A stretch of DNA of 64,000 nucleotides, taken from NCBI GenBank assembly GCA_030141605.1, contig JAQGDQ010000820.1, positions 27,812-91,811 of the forward strand. The letters are read 5' to 3'. The notes under the pieces are model-generated. The model was given only the letters and a program-made list of their open reading frames with translations, was not told the origin of the DNA and did no database searches. Shown one piece after another: positions 27,101-41,000 of the stretch. The translations under genes were made by a program, and so were the position numbers. Each line of letters starts with the position of its first letter. Position 1 is the first letter of the stretch. The stretch is from Tubiluchus corallicola (lineage: Eukaryota; Animalia; Priapulida).

Positions 27101-28900
27101 ATGACGTCAGAATTCATTGTTAATTTACACTGTCTACACAGTTAGTCGCTGTCATAATCCAATGACGTCATAATGCATTGTTAGTTTACACTGTCTACAC
27201 AGTTAGTCGCTGTCATAATCCAATGACGTCAGAATTCATTGTTAATTTACACTGTCTACACAGTTAGTCGCTGTCATAATCCAATGATGTCAGAATTCAT
27301 TGTTAATTTACACTGTCTACGCACTTAGTCGCTGTCATAATCCAATGACGTCAGAATTCATTGTTAACTTACACTGTCTACACAGTTAGTAGCTGTCATA
27401 ATCCAATGACGTCAGAATTCATTGTTAATTTACACTGTCTACACAGTTAGTCGCTGTCATAATCCAATGACGTCAGAATTCATTGTTAATTTACACTGTC
27501 TACACAGTTAGTCGCTGTCATAATCCAATGACGTTAGAATTCATTGTTAATTTACACTGTCTACACAGTTTGTCGCTGTCATAATCTAATGATGTCATAA
27601 TGCATTGTTAATTTACACTGTCTACACAGTTAGTCGCTATCATAATCCAATGATGTCAGAATTCATTGTTAGTTTACACTGTCTACACAGTTAGTCGCTG
27701 TCATAATCCAATGACGTTAGAATTCATTGTTAATTTACACTGTCTACACAGTTTGTCGCTGTCATAATCCAATGACGTTAGAATTCATTGTTAATTTACA
27801 CTGTCTACACAGTTAGTCGCTGTCATAATCCAATGACGTCAGAATTCATTGTTAATTTACACTGTCTACACAGTTAGTCGCTGTCATAATCCAATGACGT
27901 CAGAATTCATTGTTAATTTACACTGTCTACACAGTTAGTCGCTGTCATAATCCAATGATGTCAGAATTCATTGTTAATTTACACTGTCTACACAGTTAGT
28001 CGCTGTCATAATCCAATGACGTCATAATGCATTGTTAATTTACACTGTCTACACAGTTAGTCGCTGTCATAATCCAATGACGTCAGAATTCATTGTTAAT
28101 TTACACTGTCTACACAGTTAGTCGCTGTCATAATCCAATGACGTCAGAATTCATTGTTAATTTACACTGTCTACACAGTTTGTTGCTGTCATAATCCAAT
28201 GACGTTAGAATTCATTGTTAATTTACACTGTTTTCAAAGTTAGTCGCTGTCATAATCCAATGACGTCATAATGCATTGTTAATTTACACTGTCTTCACAG
28301 TTAGTCGCTGTCATAATCCAATGATGTTAGAATTCATTGTTAATTTACACTGTCTACACAGTAAGTTGCTGTCATAATCTAATGACGTCATAATGCATTG
28401 TTAATTTACACTGTCTACACAGTTAGTCGCTGTCATAATCCAATGATGTCAGAATTCATTATTAATTTACACTGTCTACACAGTTAGTCGCTGTCATAAT
28501 CCAATGATGTCAGAATTCATTGTTAATTTACACTGTCCACACAGTTTGTTGCTGTCATAATCCAATGACGTTAGAATTCATTGTTAATTTACACAGTTTT
28601 CAAAGTTAGTCGCTGTCATAATCTAATGACGTCATAATGCATTGTTAATTTACACAGTTTTCAAAGTTAGTCGCTGTCATAATCCAATGACGTTAGAATT
28701 CATTGTTAATTTACACTGTCTACACAGTAAGTTGCTGTCATAATCTAATGACGTCATAATGCATTGTTAATTTACACTGTCTACACAGTTAGTCGCTGTC
28801 ATGATCCAATGATGTCAGAATTCATTGTTAATTTACACTGTCTACACAGTTAGTAGCTGTCATAATCTAATGACGTCAGAATTCATTATTAATTTACACA
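24183..28900. repeat. 61-bp satellite, ~77 copies
   Basis: Unit AATTCATTGTTAATTTACACTGTCTACACAGTTAGTCGCTGTCATAATCCAATGACGTCAG. The centre is homogeneous, the ends are diverged, and degenerate monomers continue to ~29115. Confidence 0.97.
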
Positions 28901-29072
28901 GCTAACATGGCTAACCACCATCGTAAACTAGTGATGTCGGTGTTCATTGTTAGTTTACACTGTTTACACTGCCAGCCACCATCACAATTCAGTAACGTCA
29001 GAGTTCATTGTCCGGTTACATTGTTTACAACACAATCCAGTGACCTCACAGTACACTAATTGCTAGCTGCCA

Positions 29073-32000
29073 TCATAAACCAGTGACGTCAGAATTCATT
29101 GTTGGTTTACATTGTTCTCCTAGGGTGCGCATGGGCAATCCGGGTGCACCGGCTCGTAAACGACACTTCCACCCCACCTCTGTGTTGGCTCGAGCTCGTG
29201 GAAAACTTGGACTCTTTGTGGCGCTAAGCAGTTTCACATTTTCTAATTCATTTATCCTATGTAAATAAAAAAATGTTTAAACTTTTTTTAATTATTTAAG
29301 GAAGCCTAAAATTTATTTACAGGAAAAGCAATTTTATTTGAAAGAATTCAATAGTTTGTTAGTTTGGTCAGCAGCTTTATCACTTGGGTAATTGCTTATT
29401 TGTACGAGTGTTTGTTTGGTTTGTTGTTTGTTTCTTATTCAGCCAATTATCTGTCAGTTTACCATCCTGACAAAACAGTGATGGCCATGATGATGACAAT
29501 GACAATGATCACAATGATCATGATGATGATGATCGATGATGATGACGATCGGTGATGGCGACGACAATGACGATGATGGTGATGATGGTGATGACAATGA
29601 TGATGATGACGACGATGATAATGATGCTGATGATAACAATGACGATGACGATGATGACGACGATGACGATGATGACAATGACAACAATGACGATGATGAT
29701 GACAAAAATGACGATGATGACGATGATGGTGATGATGATAATAATGACGACGACAATGATGATGATGATGATGACGACGATGACGATAATGATGATGACG
29801 ATGACGATGACGACGATGATGATGACAATGACAACAATGACGATGATGATGACAAAAATGACGATGATGACGATGATGGTGATGATGATAATAATGACGA
29901 CGACAATGATGATGATGATGATGACGACGATGACGATAATGATGATGACGATGACGATGACGACGATGATGATGATGATGATGATGATAACGATGATGAC
30001 GACGATGATGATGATGATGATGACGACGATGACGATAATGATGATGACGATGACGACGACGACGATGATGATGATGATGCCGATGATGACAATGATGACG
30101 ACGATGATGATGATGATGATGACAAAGATGATGCTGATGGTGATGATAATGATGATGACGATGATGATGATGATGATAACAAAGGATGACAATGATTGTG
30201 ATCACACCATCTTCAAAAGACTGATTGTTGTTCTTTGCAGGTGTAGCAGACCTGAGAAGCAGACTTCTAAACTGACTATAATTATTGACTGAACTATAAA
30301 CGTGTTACACATTTTTGTGGGCAAAGCTGCAATAGCAAATGGAGCCAGAATCTCGCTTAATGGAGGAATAATTACAGGTCTGATACCTGACTACATTGCT
30401 TGATAATTCAAACATGGCCATCACATCATATAGTAGTTTCTACTGTTCCTGGAAGTAAGTTTAAAAAGTGACTTTATTCTATTCTCACCTCAGACAGGTG
30501 TCGCTGTGCGCGTCCATGTCTGACGGATACGAAGGCAGGTTATTCAGCTGGCTAGTTTGTGCCTGTCCACACCAGGTGCCACTGCGCTCGCGTGTAGGAA
30601 ACATCTTTCCTTTCGCATATTCCTGTATAGCTGTTCTTAGTTCTGGATATCTCCCTAACAGCAGCACAACGGGGCCACCTGTTGTCTGAAAAAAGAGTTT
30701 CTTTAAAAAGGAGAAAGAGAACAAGGGAAAATGAGACTGAATGTTCTGATGTTATTATTATTTACAATTTTGTTAGAATAATCAAGAGAAACATTCGAAT
30801 GTGGAACTGCTTGACAGCGTATGATTCTATTTTTATATTAATATTTGATACGTAATTTTTATTTAAAACAAAAATATTAAAATAAAAAATATTTAAGAGA
30901 AAGTATAAAATTTATAGCACAGAATAAAATTTACAGATAAAAATGACTAGTTAACAGATTAGTGTTAAAAGTAAAAACTGCAAACGCAACTTACACAGAT
31001 AAATGATTAGTGAGATCTGGACCTTTTAACCGTTTTTAAAAAGTTTGTTACTATGAGCACAGACCAAGGAGGCACCACTCACAGACCCAGGCAGGTAGGT
31101 AGGTAGGTAGGTAGGTAGGTAGGTAGGTAGGTAGGTAGGTAGGTTGGTAGGTAAGTAGGTAGGTAGGTATGTAGGTAGGTAGGTAGGTAGGTAGGTAGGA
31201 AGGTAGGAAGGTAGGTAGGTAGGTAGGTAGGTAGGTAGGTAGGAAGGTAGGTAGGTAGGAAGGTAGGTAGGTAGGTAGGAAGGTAGGTAGGTAGGTAGGT
31301 AGGCAAGCAGGCAGGCAGGCAGGCAGGCAGGCAGGTAGGTTGGTAGGTAGGTAGGAAGGTAGGTAGGTAGGAAGGTAGGTAGGTAGGAAGGTAGACAGAG
31401 AGGCAGGTAGGTAGTTAATTAGGTAGGTGGGTGCAGTAGGCATTAGCTAGGCAATAGGTAGATAGGTTAGTAAGTGGGTAAGTAGTGGGATTTAAAATAC
31501 AGTAGGCACTAGCTAGGTAATAGGTAGATAGGTTAGTAAGTGGGTAGGTAGTGGAATTTAAAATACAGTAGGCACTAGCTAGGTAATAGGTTGACAGGTT
31601 AGTAAGTGGGTAAGTAGTGGGATTTAAAATACAGTAGGCACTAGCTAGGCAATAGGTAGATAAGTTAGTAAGTGGGTAGGTAGTGGGATTTACTTTAATT
31701 TCTAGCAATAAAAATTCTAGTAAAAGTTAAACAATTTATCTTTGCTTATATTTTACATATTTTTATACTACGTAAAATGTAACTAAAAATCACGATTATT
31801 GCCTCCGGGTTTTTTATTTTCAAGTTGTTATTTTTTCCCGACGTAGCGCTTAATTAGTTACTGATTTTTTCATTCACCTGAATTTTGCTACAGGAAAACT
31901 TTTACACTAACCTTAACATTAACACCTGCTCAAAAAATCCTAGCATGATTGATGTGTGAGAACCACGTTCGCTTATATAGCATGTTTGTCCGATTCTGTT

Positions 32001-35000
32001 TGTGGTGTACTAGTGTTTAAGTTCAAATGAACAAAAGTATGAAAACAAGAAAGCTACATCCTACACATTAAATAAATCTGAGATGTCACCTTCAGGACAT
32101 TGGCTATCTTCTTCTGAGGCCATCTCCTAACGTCCTGTCCATTTATCTCTAAGATTCTGTCACCCTGTTTTATGTTACTTCGACCAGATGGACTCTCAGG
32201 TTTCTAAAACACGCAACAGAAGTTGTATGTCAACACAGCGTTACTGCGCATGCGTCACGAACAGTTTCAGTACAGTTGAACTTGCATACAATATTTGGAA
32301 AAGACTTACTTTCGAATAAAACTGTTTTTGTTTTTTCATTATTTTTGATCTAGAAAGAAATCGAATTATAATCGATCTGTTTGAAATTGAAAGTTTTATG
32401 AAGTTTTTACTTTTATCGTTTGTATCTTCCTGTTTTTTCTTCACTTGCATTTCATTGTTTCTTTTAGTTGGATTGTTGGTTCATTTAGTTACTCGGTGAG
32501 TCGGTCAGTTGAATACATGGTTAGTTATTTAGTTCTCTATTTGGTAACTTGTTTGATATTTTTATGTTATTATTCATGTTATTCATATTCATATTCACAT
32601 TCATATTCGTAATCATATTCATATTCATGTTTTATTTTTACGCTTTTGCCTCTTCTTTGTTTTGTTTCTTTCTTCTTTCCTATTTTCTTTTTTGCCAATC
32701 GTCTGCTTGTTCGTTTAATTATTTATTCCATCATTCGCTCTTTCACTCGATTTAACTTTCGTTCTATAAACAATTTGTCATTCCTTCTATCACCCGTTAT
32801 ATGAAAGATGCACTACTTGCACTCTTTGCATTCTCTCGTTTCATCAATTTGTTCAGTTGTCTATTCATTCGCTCATTCATTCACTCACTCAATTATTCAT
32901 TGACTTGTCTCATCAATTCAAATGAATTTTTTACACAAACACAAGAAAACACTCTTCAAAATGAAGTTTGAAAATTTCTATTGAAATTTTATATCATTGC
33001 ATGCTGTCTTATTGCGTGCAGGGATTGCGTTAACAGTAACGCTGTATAGAACTTGTAAATTTTAAACTCCGCTTAATTTTAAACTCCCGTGAAGGCAGTC
33101 TTACTGCATGCAGGGATTGCGTTAACAGTAACGCTGTATAGAACTTGTAAATCTTAAACTCCCATGAAGGCAGTTAATTGCAGCCATTTGAAACAGGTTT
33201 AAGTAACATTGTGTAAAGTTTGAAAAACAATCAGCGCATGCATAGCAAACTCTCTGCAAAGCAAAAGTTTAAATTACTTTATATTTTAATACGATTAATA
33301 ATGTGTTTTTGTGAGCCACAGGTGCACACTGGGATAGCAATACAGTGGTATTTTACCTGTTGGGCGAATGTTTTAAATGACTAAAAATTTTCTTTTCCAA
33401 TTACATAAGTCCTTCAAAGTGTAATACTAAGCAATATAACTTTGTATGAAAAGTTCTTTGAGATAAACTTTAGGGTTCCCTTTTCTTCCCTTTTAAAAGA
33501 AGAGAGGGTGATTTTTCATACACTACCCCATTTTCAAGTTCGATAAAAAGTTTATAATTCAACACATTTAATGCTGCAAAAACGTTTCTGATAATTAAAC
33601 AATAGATTAAATTCTCAATTAAGGGCGGGCTAGCCCAACGATTGATGACATCACAAACTAACATAGTTTTCATCAGCAGAAATATTCCACGAGCGTGTTG
33701 CACGTGTTTGCGAGAGCGAAAATTGAATTACAGTGCTACTGTAAGAGTTTTAGTTTGTTGTACTAAAACTAGGCAAGTTTTAAGAATTCAAATTCCAATT
33801 TACCGCTGTGCTCACGCATGAGCTGGCGAACGTGTGCAGTACGTCACAAACTAACACATCTGAACTGAGAAGTGCCTGTTTTTTTGTGCAACACATTTTC
33901 GAAATGCAGGTGCCCGTCTAACGAGCGAATGGTGAAAATGCATGTAACAGCGAAGAACTAGTGGCGCGAACGTGAAATTGCGTTTGTGTGGTAATAATTC
34001 TTTCACGTAAGTCATTTTTTAAATAGTATGTTAATAAAAATAGTATGTTACTTTTCAGTATTTTAAAGAGTAGTGTGAAAGTCATGTTTGAAGTTGTAGA
34101 TCACTCACTTTGTTATGATTGAGTTTAAGCAGAAGTATGAACAAGAATAAAAAATCTATAATACATATTTGCACTGAACACAACAGAAAAGTGTTTGTTA
34201 AACTACAGACACATGAGTAGCATGACTGCTGCACTGAACACTGAGAGTGAGAATGAGAATGAGAGTGAGAGTAACTGCTGCACTGAACACTGAGAATGAG
34301 AGTGTCCTGCACTGAACACTGAGAGCTAGAGAGTGACTAGAAAACAAAACCAGTTAGTATATATAGGTATAGGTGACCTATGCTGACTTGCACAGGCTTC
34401 ACAACAACCATTAATTTAAAATAGGGAGAGATCCAGTGAATATGCATTCACTGGACCGTACAATTATACTGGGGGTAAGTTTAGCTGGTAAAATGTAACA
34501 GGATTAGTTCATAGATGGCAGCACCTAATTAAAATGTACAATTACAACTTCCACAAGTAGATTGTTTTGACCTTCACGTTAACATTGGGTCCAATTTTGC
34601 TTTAACTTAATTACATTATATAAACTGTACTCACCACCCAAGTGACGAAGACCCCTCTTCCATCTCTGAAAATAATGAGAGAAGACAAAGCTAATTACAC
34701 ATTCATCCAACGAACAAATTCAGCCTCCCATCATTAATTAAGACGGGCAAAATTCATCGCAACACTTGCCCTTCAAATGTAATTAAATTAGCTGATTAAA
34801 ACATCATCTGTTGTCAAACGCAGGACTCTAACCAAGTTTTATTGGGCAAACATGACTGCATAACAAATTTAAGTAAATTTGCATTAGCGAGTAAATTTGT
34901 TCATGATAAGAAATAGAGAAGATACAACGTGAACAGTCGCGCATCATTGACCTTCCTCACGTTGGTGTACACTGTAGAGTTCCCAGGTACTGAGAAATGC

Positions 35001-38000
35001 TGTTTCAATGTTTAACTATTTATATATTTAACATTTTATTTAACACAAAACATACTTTACAAATTACAAAAACCAAGACATTTGTAATAACAATAAACAA
35101 ATACAAACACCAATTGACTGTTAATGAATCCAATTAGTTGTAATGAGTAACCAGCATTGATTACACTCTGGCATTTTTGGTTGTTCAGTAAATCATTACA
35201 ATACATGTTTCAAAGGTAACAAACTATCTTCAACATTTTCCAGCATCCCAAGATAGGCACCTGCATATTTCTCCATCTTTTACATGTAATTAATGCAGCT
35301 CACTGCATGATTCACTGTTTCTAATTTGCTTCGAGTACACCAAATATAACATTTTACTATCAAAATGGTCTTATTTTAGACAAATGCAATTTTTATACGA
35401 AAACTTTTCGAAAATTACAACAAACTTATCAATTTCTAATGCATTTTTTTGTGTTTTGTGTTTGTATTGTTTGAAATGTTCCCATACGAGTTTTAGTTTA
35501 TTTTATAATCCCACAGCATTATGGCTTCTTTTTCCGAATTACAGATATTAAAAGTGTTTAATTTTGTCCAGGAATGAAGCCACACGTTTCTTGAGGTTCT
35601 TGTAGATTTCGACATTATTAATAGCAAAGATTTATTCACTTCTACTCTGATCTGCTCGGTTAATCACTCTTACTCTCACACTCCCTCACAAGTGCAAAAT
35701 TAGTTCGGAAAGATTGGTAAATCTACTTGTGTTTCTACTAAACGCTTCAGCGCATCACTGCCAGGTTTCTGTGGTAGCACAGAAAACAACGTAAGACCAA
35801 TATGAACGATTGAAACCGTGGTTTGTGCTTCTACTAAACGCTTCAACGCATCACTGCCAGGTTTCTGTGGTAGCATAGAAAACAACGTAAGACCAATATG
35901 AAAGATTGAAACCGTGCTTTGTGTTTCTACTAAACGCTTCAGCGCATCACTGCCAGGTTTCTGTGGTAGCATAGAAAACAACGTACGGCCAATATGAAAG
36001 ATTGAAACCATGCTTTGTGTTTCTACTAAATGCTTCAGCGCATCACTGCCAGGTTTCTGTAGTAGCATAGAAAACAACGTAAGGCCAATATGAAAGATTG
36101 AAACCATGCTTTGTGCTTCTACAAAATGCTTCAGCGCATCACTGCCAGGCTTCTGTGGTAGCATAGAAAACAACGTAAGGCCAATATGAAAGATTGAAAC
36201 CGTGCTTTGTGTTTCTACTAAACGCTTCAGCGCATCACTGCCAGGTTTCTGTGGTAGCATAGAAAACAACGTAAGGCCAATATGAAAGAGTGAAACCATG
36301 CTTTGTCTTTCTACTAAACGCTTCAGCGCATCACTGCCAGGTTTCTGTAGTAGCCTGATTGTATAAAAAATTACCCTACTCTATACGCAACACAGAGGAT
36401 GAGATTTTTCATAACTGGCATTCTATATTTTCTGCCAGGGTGCCTCACAGCTCTGTACATTAGCATTGACTCCCATTGTCCAAACGTCAGCAACTATTGA
36501 CTTTAGTATCGCTCCCTATTAATATTACATTCATTTGTTGAGTATTCGTGATAATAAACTCCCTCAGGACTGCACCACTTAAAATGGGTGATGTATGCGC
36601 ACAGACATAACTAAATGATTACATTCAGGAGAATCTGTTCTATTCAGGAGAATCTCGGCTATCCAATCATGCTCTCTATATAAACATTTTTAAACGATTT
36701 AATTGGATAAAATTAAGGAACAGAAGCAAATTTTTTAGTCACTTCAAACCTATCGAGTAGCTTAGTCTGGTGTACACTTGCGTGATCGTACACACTAATT
36801 TATTGATCGCCTCTTACTACAACCCAAGCTGTGCAGTGTTCAGCTGCTATTCCAGGAAAAACTAAACAATCAGCCAAGAACAAATGAAGGTCGTTTCACC
36901 TTTTCACAGGAATTTCTCCTTAAATTAGAGTAGACTTGAGGCCAAAGTTTATCAGAGTGTTGTGTCTGGATAGTTGAAATTTTCTGCATTAGCTGATTTC
37001 ACAGAAGTGATACTGTACATTGTTACAGTGCAAACACTGCAGTTAATGAAAGATTTTTTCAATTTTTACGTCAAAAATTGATTTTTAATTTGTTTAAGGT
37101 AAGCAAATGCATTTCATTTATAATTTTGCATGAAAGTCCATTGTGTGAGGAGTAGAAACCTAAAAAAATTAACAAATATAACGTAATTGTTGCCTAGTAA
37201 GAGCAGTTTTTCATGAAGCCATGCAAAATGTAGCAAAAGCTTACAGTCCTTGAGTTAAATATAAACATTCTCGTTTGCTCATTCTTCACGTTTTGCAAGT
37301 GAAATCAGGGAGAATTAATGCACCGTGTAAAGGTGACCTAGCCAATGAGTTATTTACCCAAATTGTTGATCTCTCCTTTCCGACAGGAAAGTACTTAGGC
37401 TGTTTTTCAATTTAAAAATTGCTCTCAACTTTGAAAGAACGGAATTGTTCTATGTTTTGGTTTTCAAACGCGTGCGCGTTGATAGTAAAGTACAATTACA
37501 TTTGGGTAGTTGCGCCAGCTGTGCTACCTCGGTCGTAAACACTTGCCACAGATCTCCACTTGTGCCTAATGTGAATTATGATAAGTTGGTGAAGTATTAC
37601 CGACATTCGGTTGTACAAAAGTTAGATTTAAAAATGAAGAAAAATGGTTAACAATGTCTAATTTCAGAATATATTCTCTAAAATGTTGCTAGAATTCACT
37701 TACTTTCTGCCCAGTAGACTGATTCCTAGTTTGGAGAATGGATGAGGCTTTGCAACTTCAATTGTAACAAATTTCTTTGGTTCTAAAAAAAAGAAAATTA
37801 AGATTTGTCTACTAGCAAACACCAGGAAGATATAGAAATTTTATACAGAATCAGAAATCGATTAGTACCAAAATTAGATATTTTTGTCTAGATTAAATTA
37901 ATGTCTGTCTTGCCTAAATTAGATAAGTTTCATTCTACTTTTATATTAATAAATAAAATTGATACATTTGATACATTTGATAAATTGATAATTTAATTTA

Positions 38001-41000
38001 ATATATTTATAAATTCAAATGCATTAGTTACTTATTAGCATAAGTACCAAAAACCAATTTCACACCTAATGCGTATTGAAATTTTATACCACTTACATTC
38101 TGTCTTATTGCACACAGGGCTTGTATTAGCAGTCACACTGTATAAAACATGTAAATTTAAACTCCCGCGATGACCGTAAGACGCAGCCATTTTCACGACA
38201 GGTCATTTGAAACAAGTTTAGATAACATTTTGTAAAGTTTGAAAAAATAATCAGAGCACTCGTAAAACACATGTTACTAACTAAATAAAATTTAAAATTA
38301 CTGTATCTTGTCAATAAGATTAAAAATACGTTTTTTTTGGTTAGTGAGTGGTGCACCCTGGAGGTGAGTCAGCAACATTTTACCAATTGGTGAAAACATT
38401 TTAAATAATTAATAATTTTCTTTTCTAGCTACATAAATCTGTCAAACAGCTAAGCGAAATTCTAAGTAATATAACTATGTATGGAAAGTTTTTTGGGACA
38501 TAATTTAACATTTTCCTTTTCTTCCTCTGATTAACATTGTGCGTATATGACGTTAAGAAGTAACGTGCATATATGACGTCATGAAATAATGCGGTCGGAA
38601 CAGTATTGCGGGAGATTTAAAATGAAAACAAACAAAAATTCCTTTCAACACGAGTACGATGTACACATAAAATTGCTATAAAGTAACATAATTTTTCAAG
38701 ATGATTTTTCTGAAACCTCCTTCAGGTACCTCTTTTTCTTCCCTTTAAGTAGTGTCAGTGTTTATTTCAAGCACGTTTAGACAATATTGTATAACGTTTG
38801 AACAATATCAGAGCATTCGTAGCGCACACCTTAAGAACTAAACTGAACCAGCTTATTTTATGTTGAAAATATGGCCTTTAATTGAAAATGAGGCCTGATG
38901 AATGATAATCTATTATAAATACTAATCATTAAACTTTTCATTAAATAACTAAAATAATTAACAGGAAGATTATATAATATTTGTTTTATTAATAATTATT
39001 TTATTTCTCTGCAGTGTCGCTATATTTCAAAATTGAAATTGCATGTTTGTTATTGTATGTATTATTTGTTTTTTGTTTTGTTTTCGTTTTTGTCTTGTTT
39101 GACTTGTGTTTTGCATGTATTGTACGTATTTTTGCCACTAATAAATAAATATGAAATATGTTATTAATAAGATTAATAATGAGTTTTTGGTGAATCAGTG
39201 ATGCACACCTGGAAGGTGACTCAGTGATGCACGCTGGGAAGGTGAATCAGCGGTGCACACTGGGATGGCGATGCAGTATCGTTTTGCCAGGTGGCGCAAA
39301 TATTTTAAGTTATTAAGAATTTTCTTTTCCAATTACATAAGTGTTGCTAAGCAACTCAACTTTGTATGGGCATTCTTTGGGATGTAGCTTAAAAATCCCC
39401 TTTTTTCCCTTTTATAGGAAGACAGGACGATTTTTCATATACTACCCATTTTCAAGTTGGATAAAAAGTTTACACTTTAACACGATTAATACTGCAAACG
39501 CGTTTCTGATAATTAAATAACAGATTAAAAATTTAATTAATTAATTAGTTTAAGCCGAACTATTGACGACATCACAAACGAACATTATTTTCATGATTTT
39601 CATAGTTTTTAATGGATAAATTGCTGTTCCCTTTTCTGCCCTTTGACTTTAGCATTGACTGGTTTTAGGTCAAAACTGGACCATAACTATGCGAATTCTC
39701 AGCACACGTCACATTCTTATCAAGTGTGAACTCGCCTTTAGCCAGATGCATGCATGGCATTTTTACCTTCCACGCAAGTGAATATGGCTTCAGGATTTTC
39801 ACGGAGTATCGTAAGCCTGATGGGGGAAGTGGCTTCCCTGAGGACGTCAACCGCCTGCAAATGCTTCATGTGTTGCAGTCTGATGTCATTCACCTGTAAT
39901 CAAACACCTGGCGTTAATTAACAGGTAATGCTTTGATTAACACCGAGCCATTGATCAACGGACAGGTTTAGTAAACTTCAAAGTGGCATGAGAAATTCAA
40001 TAGGGTTCGCTTGCTGCAAAACGGTTGAAACTACTATGAGTAACATCACTAGGTTTTTGCATGGCTTCACGTGACACATTCTAAACGTTTCCTTCTAATC
40101 CCATTTTCCTTCTTTGCACAGGACCACCACCACTGCTACCACCATCACTGCTACCGCCACCACTGCTGCCACCATCACTGTTGCCGCCATCAGCCACTGC
40201 TATTGCCATGCCACCAATACGAAAACCACCACCACTGCTGCCGCCACCACTGCTGCCGCCATCTGCCACCGCCACCAACATGCCACCAATACGAAAACCA
40301 ACAACACTGTCACCAGGTGGTTGCTGCCACTACCACCACCACTGCTGCTCTGTCACCACCACAAATGCCAATGCCACCACCTTTGCTGCTGCTGCTGCTG
40401 CTGCTGTTGCTGCCACAGTGGCACCACCACTGCCTGTCGTTTCACCACATTTTCCACTACCACTACCACCACTGCTGTCACCATGTGTTGCCACCGCCCC
40501 GCCACCACCGCCATGCCACCAATACACGAACCCCATACCATCATTACTGTTGCCGTTGTTGCAGCTGCCAACACCACCACCACCTCCACCACCACTGCTG
40601 CCGCCATGTGTCGCCACTACCGCCATGCCACCAATACCCGAACACCATCTAAACCACCACCACCACTGTCAACACCATTGCCTTTTCCACCACCACCACT
40701 GCTGCTGCCAAACCTGCCACCACTAGCACTACTACTTACTGACTGTTACTACTTTTCGAACTCATTTTTTCGTAAATTAATCGGCATTAATTTTAATTTG
40801 TTTAACATTTTTACAAGACGTGGAATAACGCTAGCACAAAATGTATGAGAACTCACAGACAGGATCTGGTCCCCTCGTCTCAACCTTCCATCGTGAATAG
40901 CAGCGCCATCTTCGTGAATTTCAGCAACACAAATTGCTTGCTAAAACAACAAAGCAAAAACAATCAAAACAATCTAGTCTGCAGTATTGACAATCGTGGC

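Noticed and set aside
24183-28900. CRISPR-like array (also considered for the 28-, 29-, 38- and 39-bp arrays)
   Set aside because: The monomers are contiguous with no unique spacers, there are no cas genes, and the context is eukaryotic.
29454-30292. Poly-Asp (aspein-like), poly-His and poly-Ser ORFs
   Set aside because: A (GAT)n tract open in many frames, with no signal peptide, lying within the last intron of the PDZ gene.
35700-36299. 199-aa ORF with a 38-aa repeat
   Set aside because: Explained by the 114-bp tandem repeat. The flanking PDZ2 exons join in phase without it.
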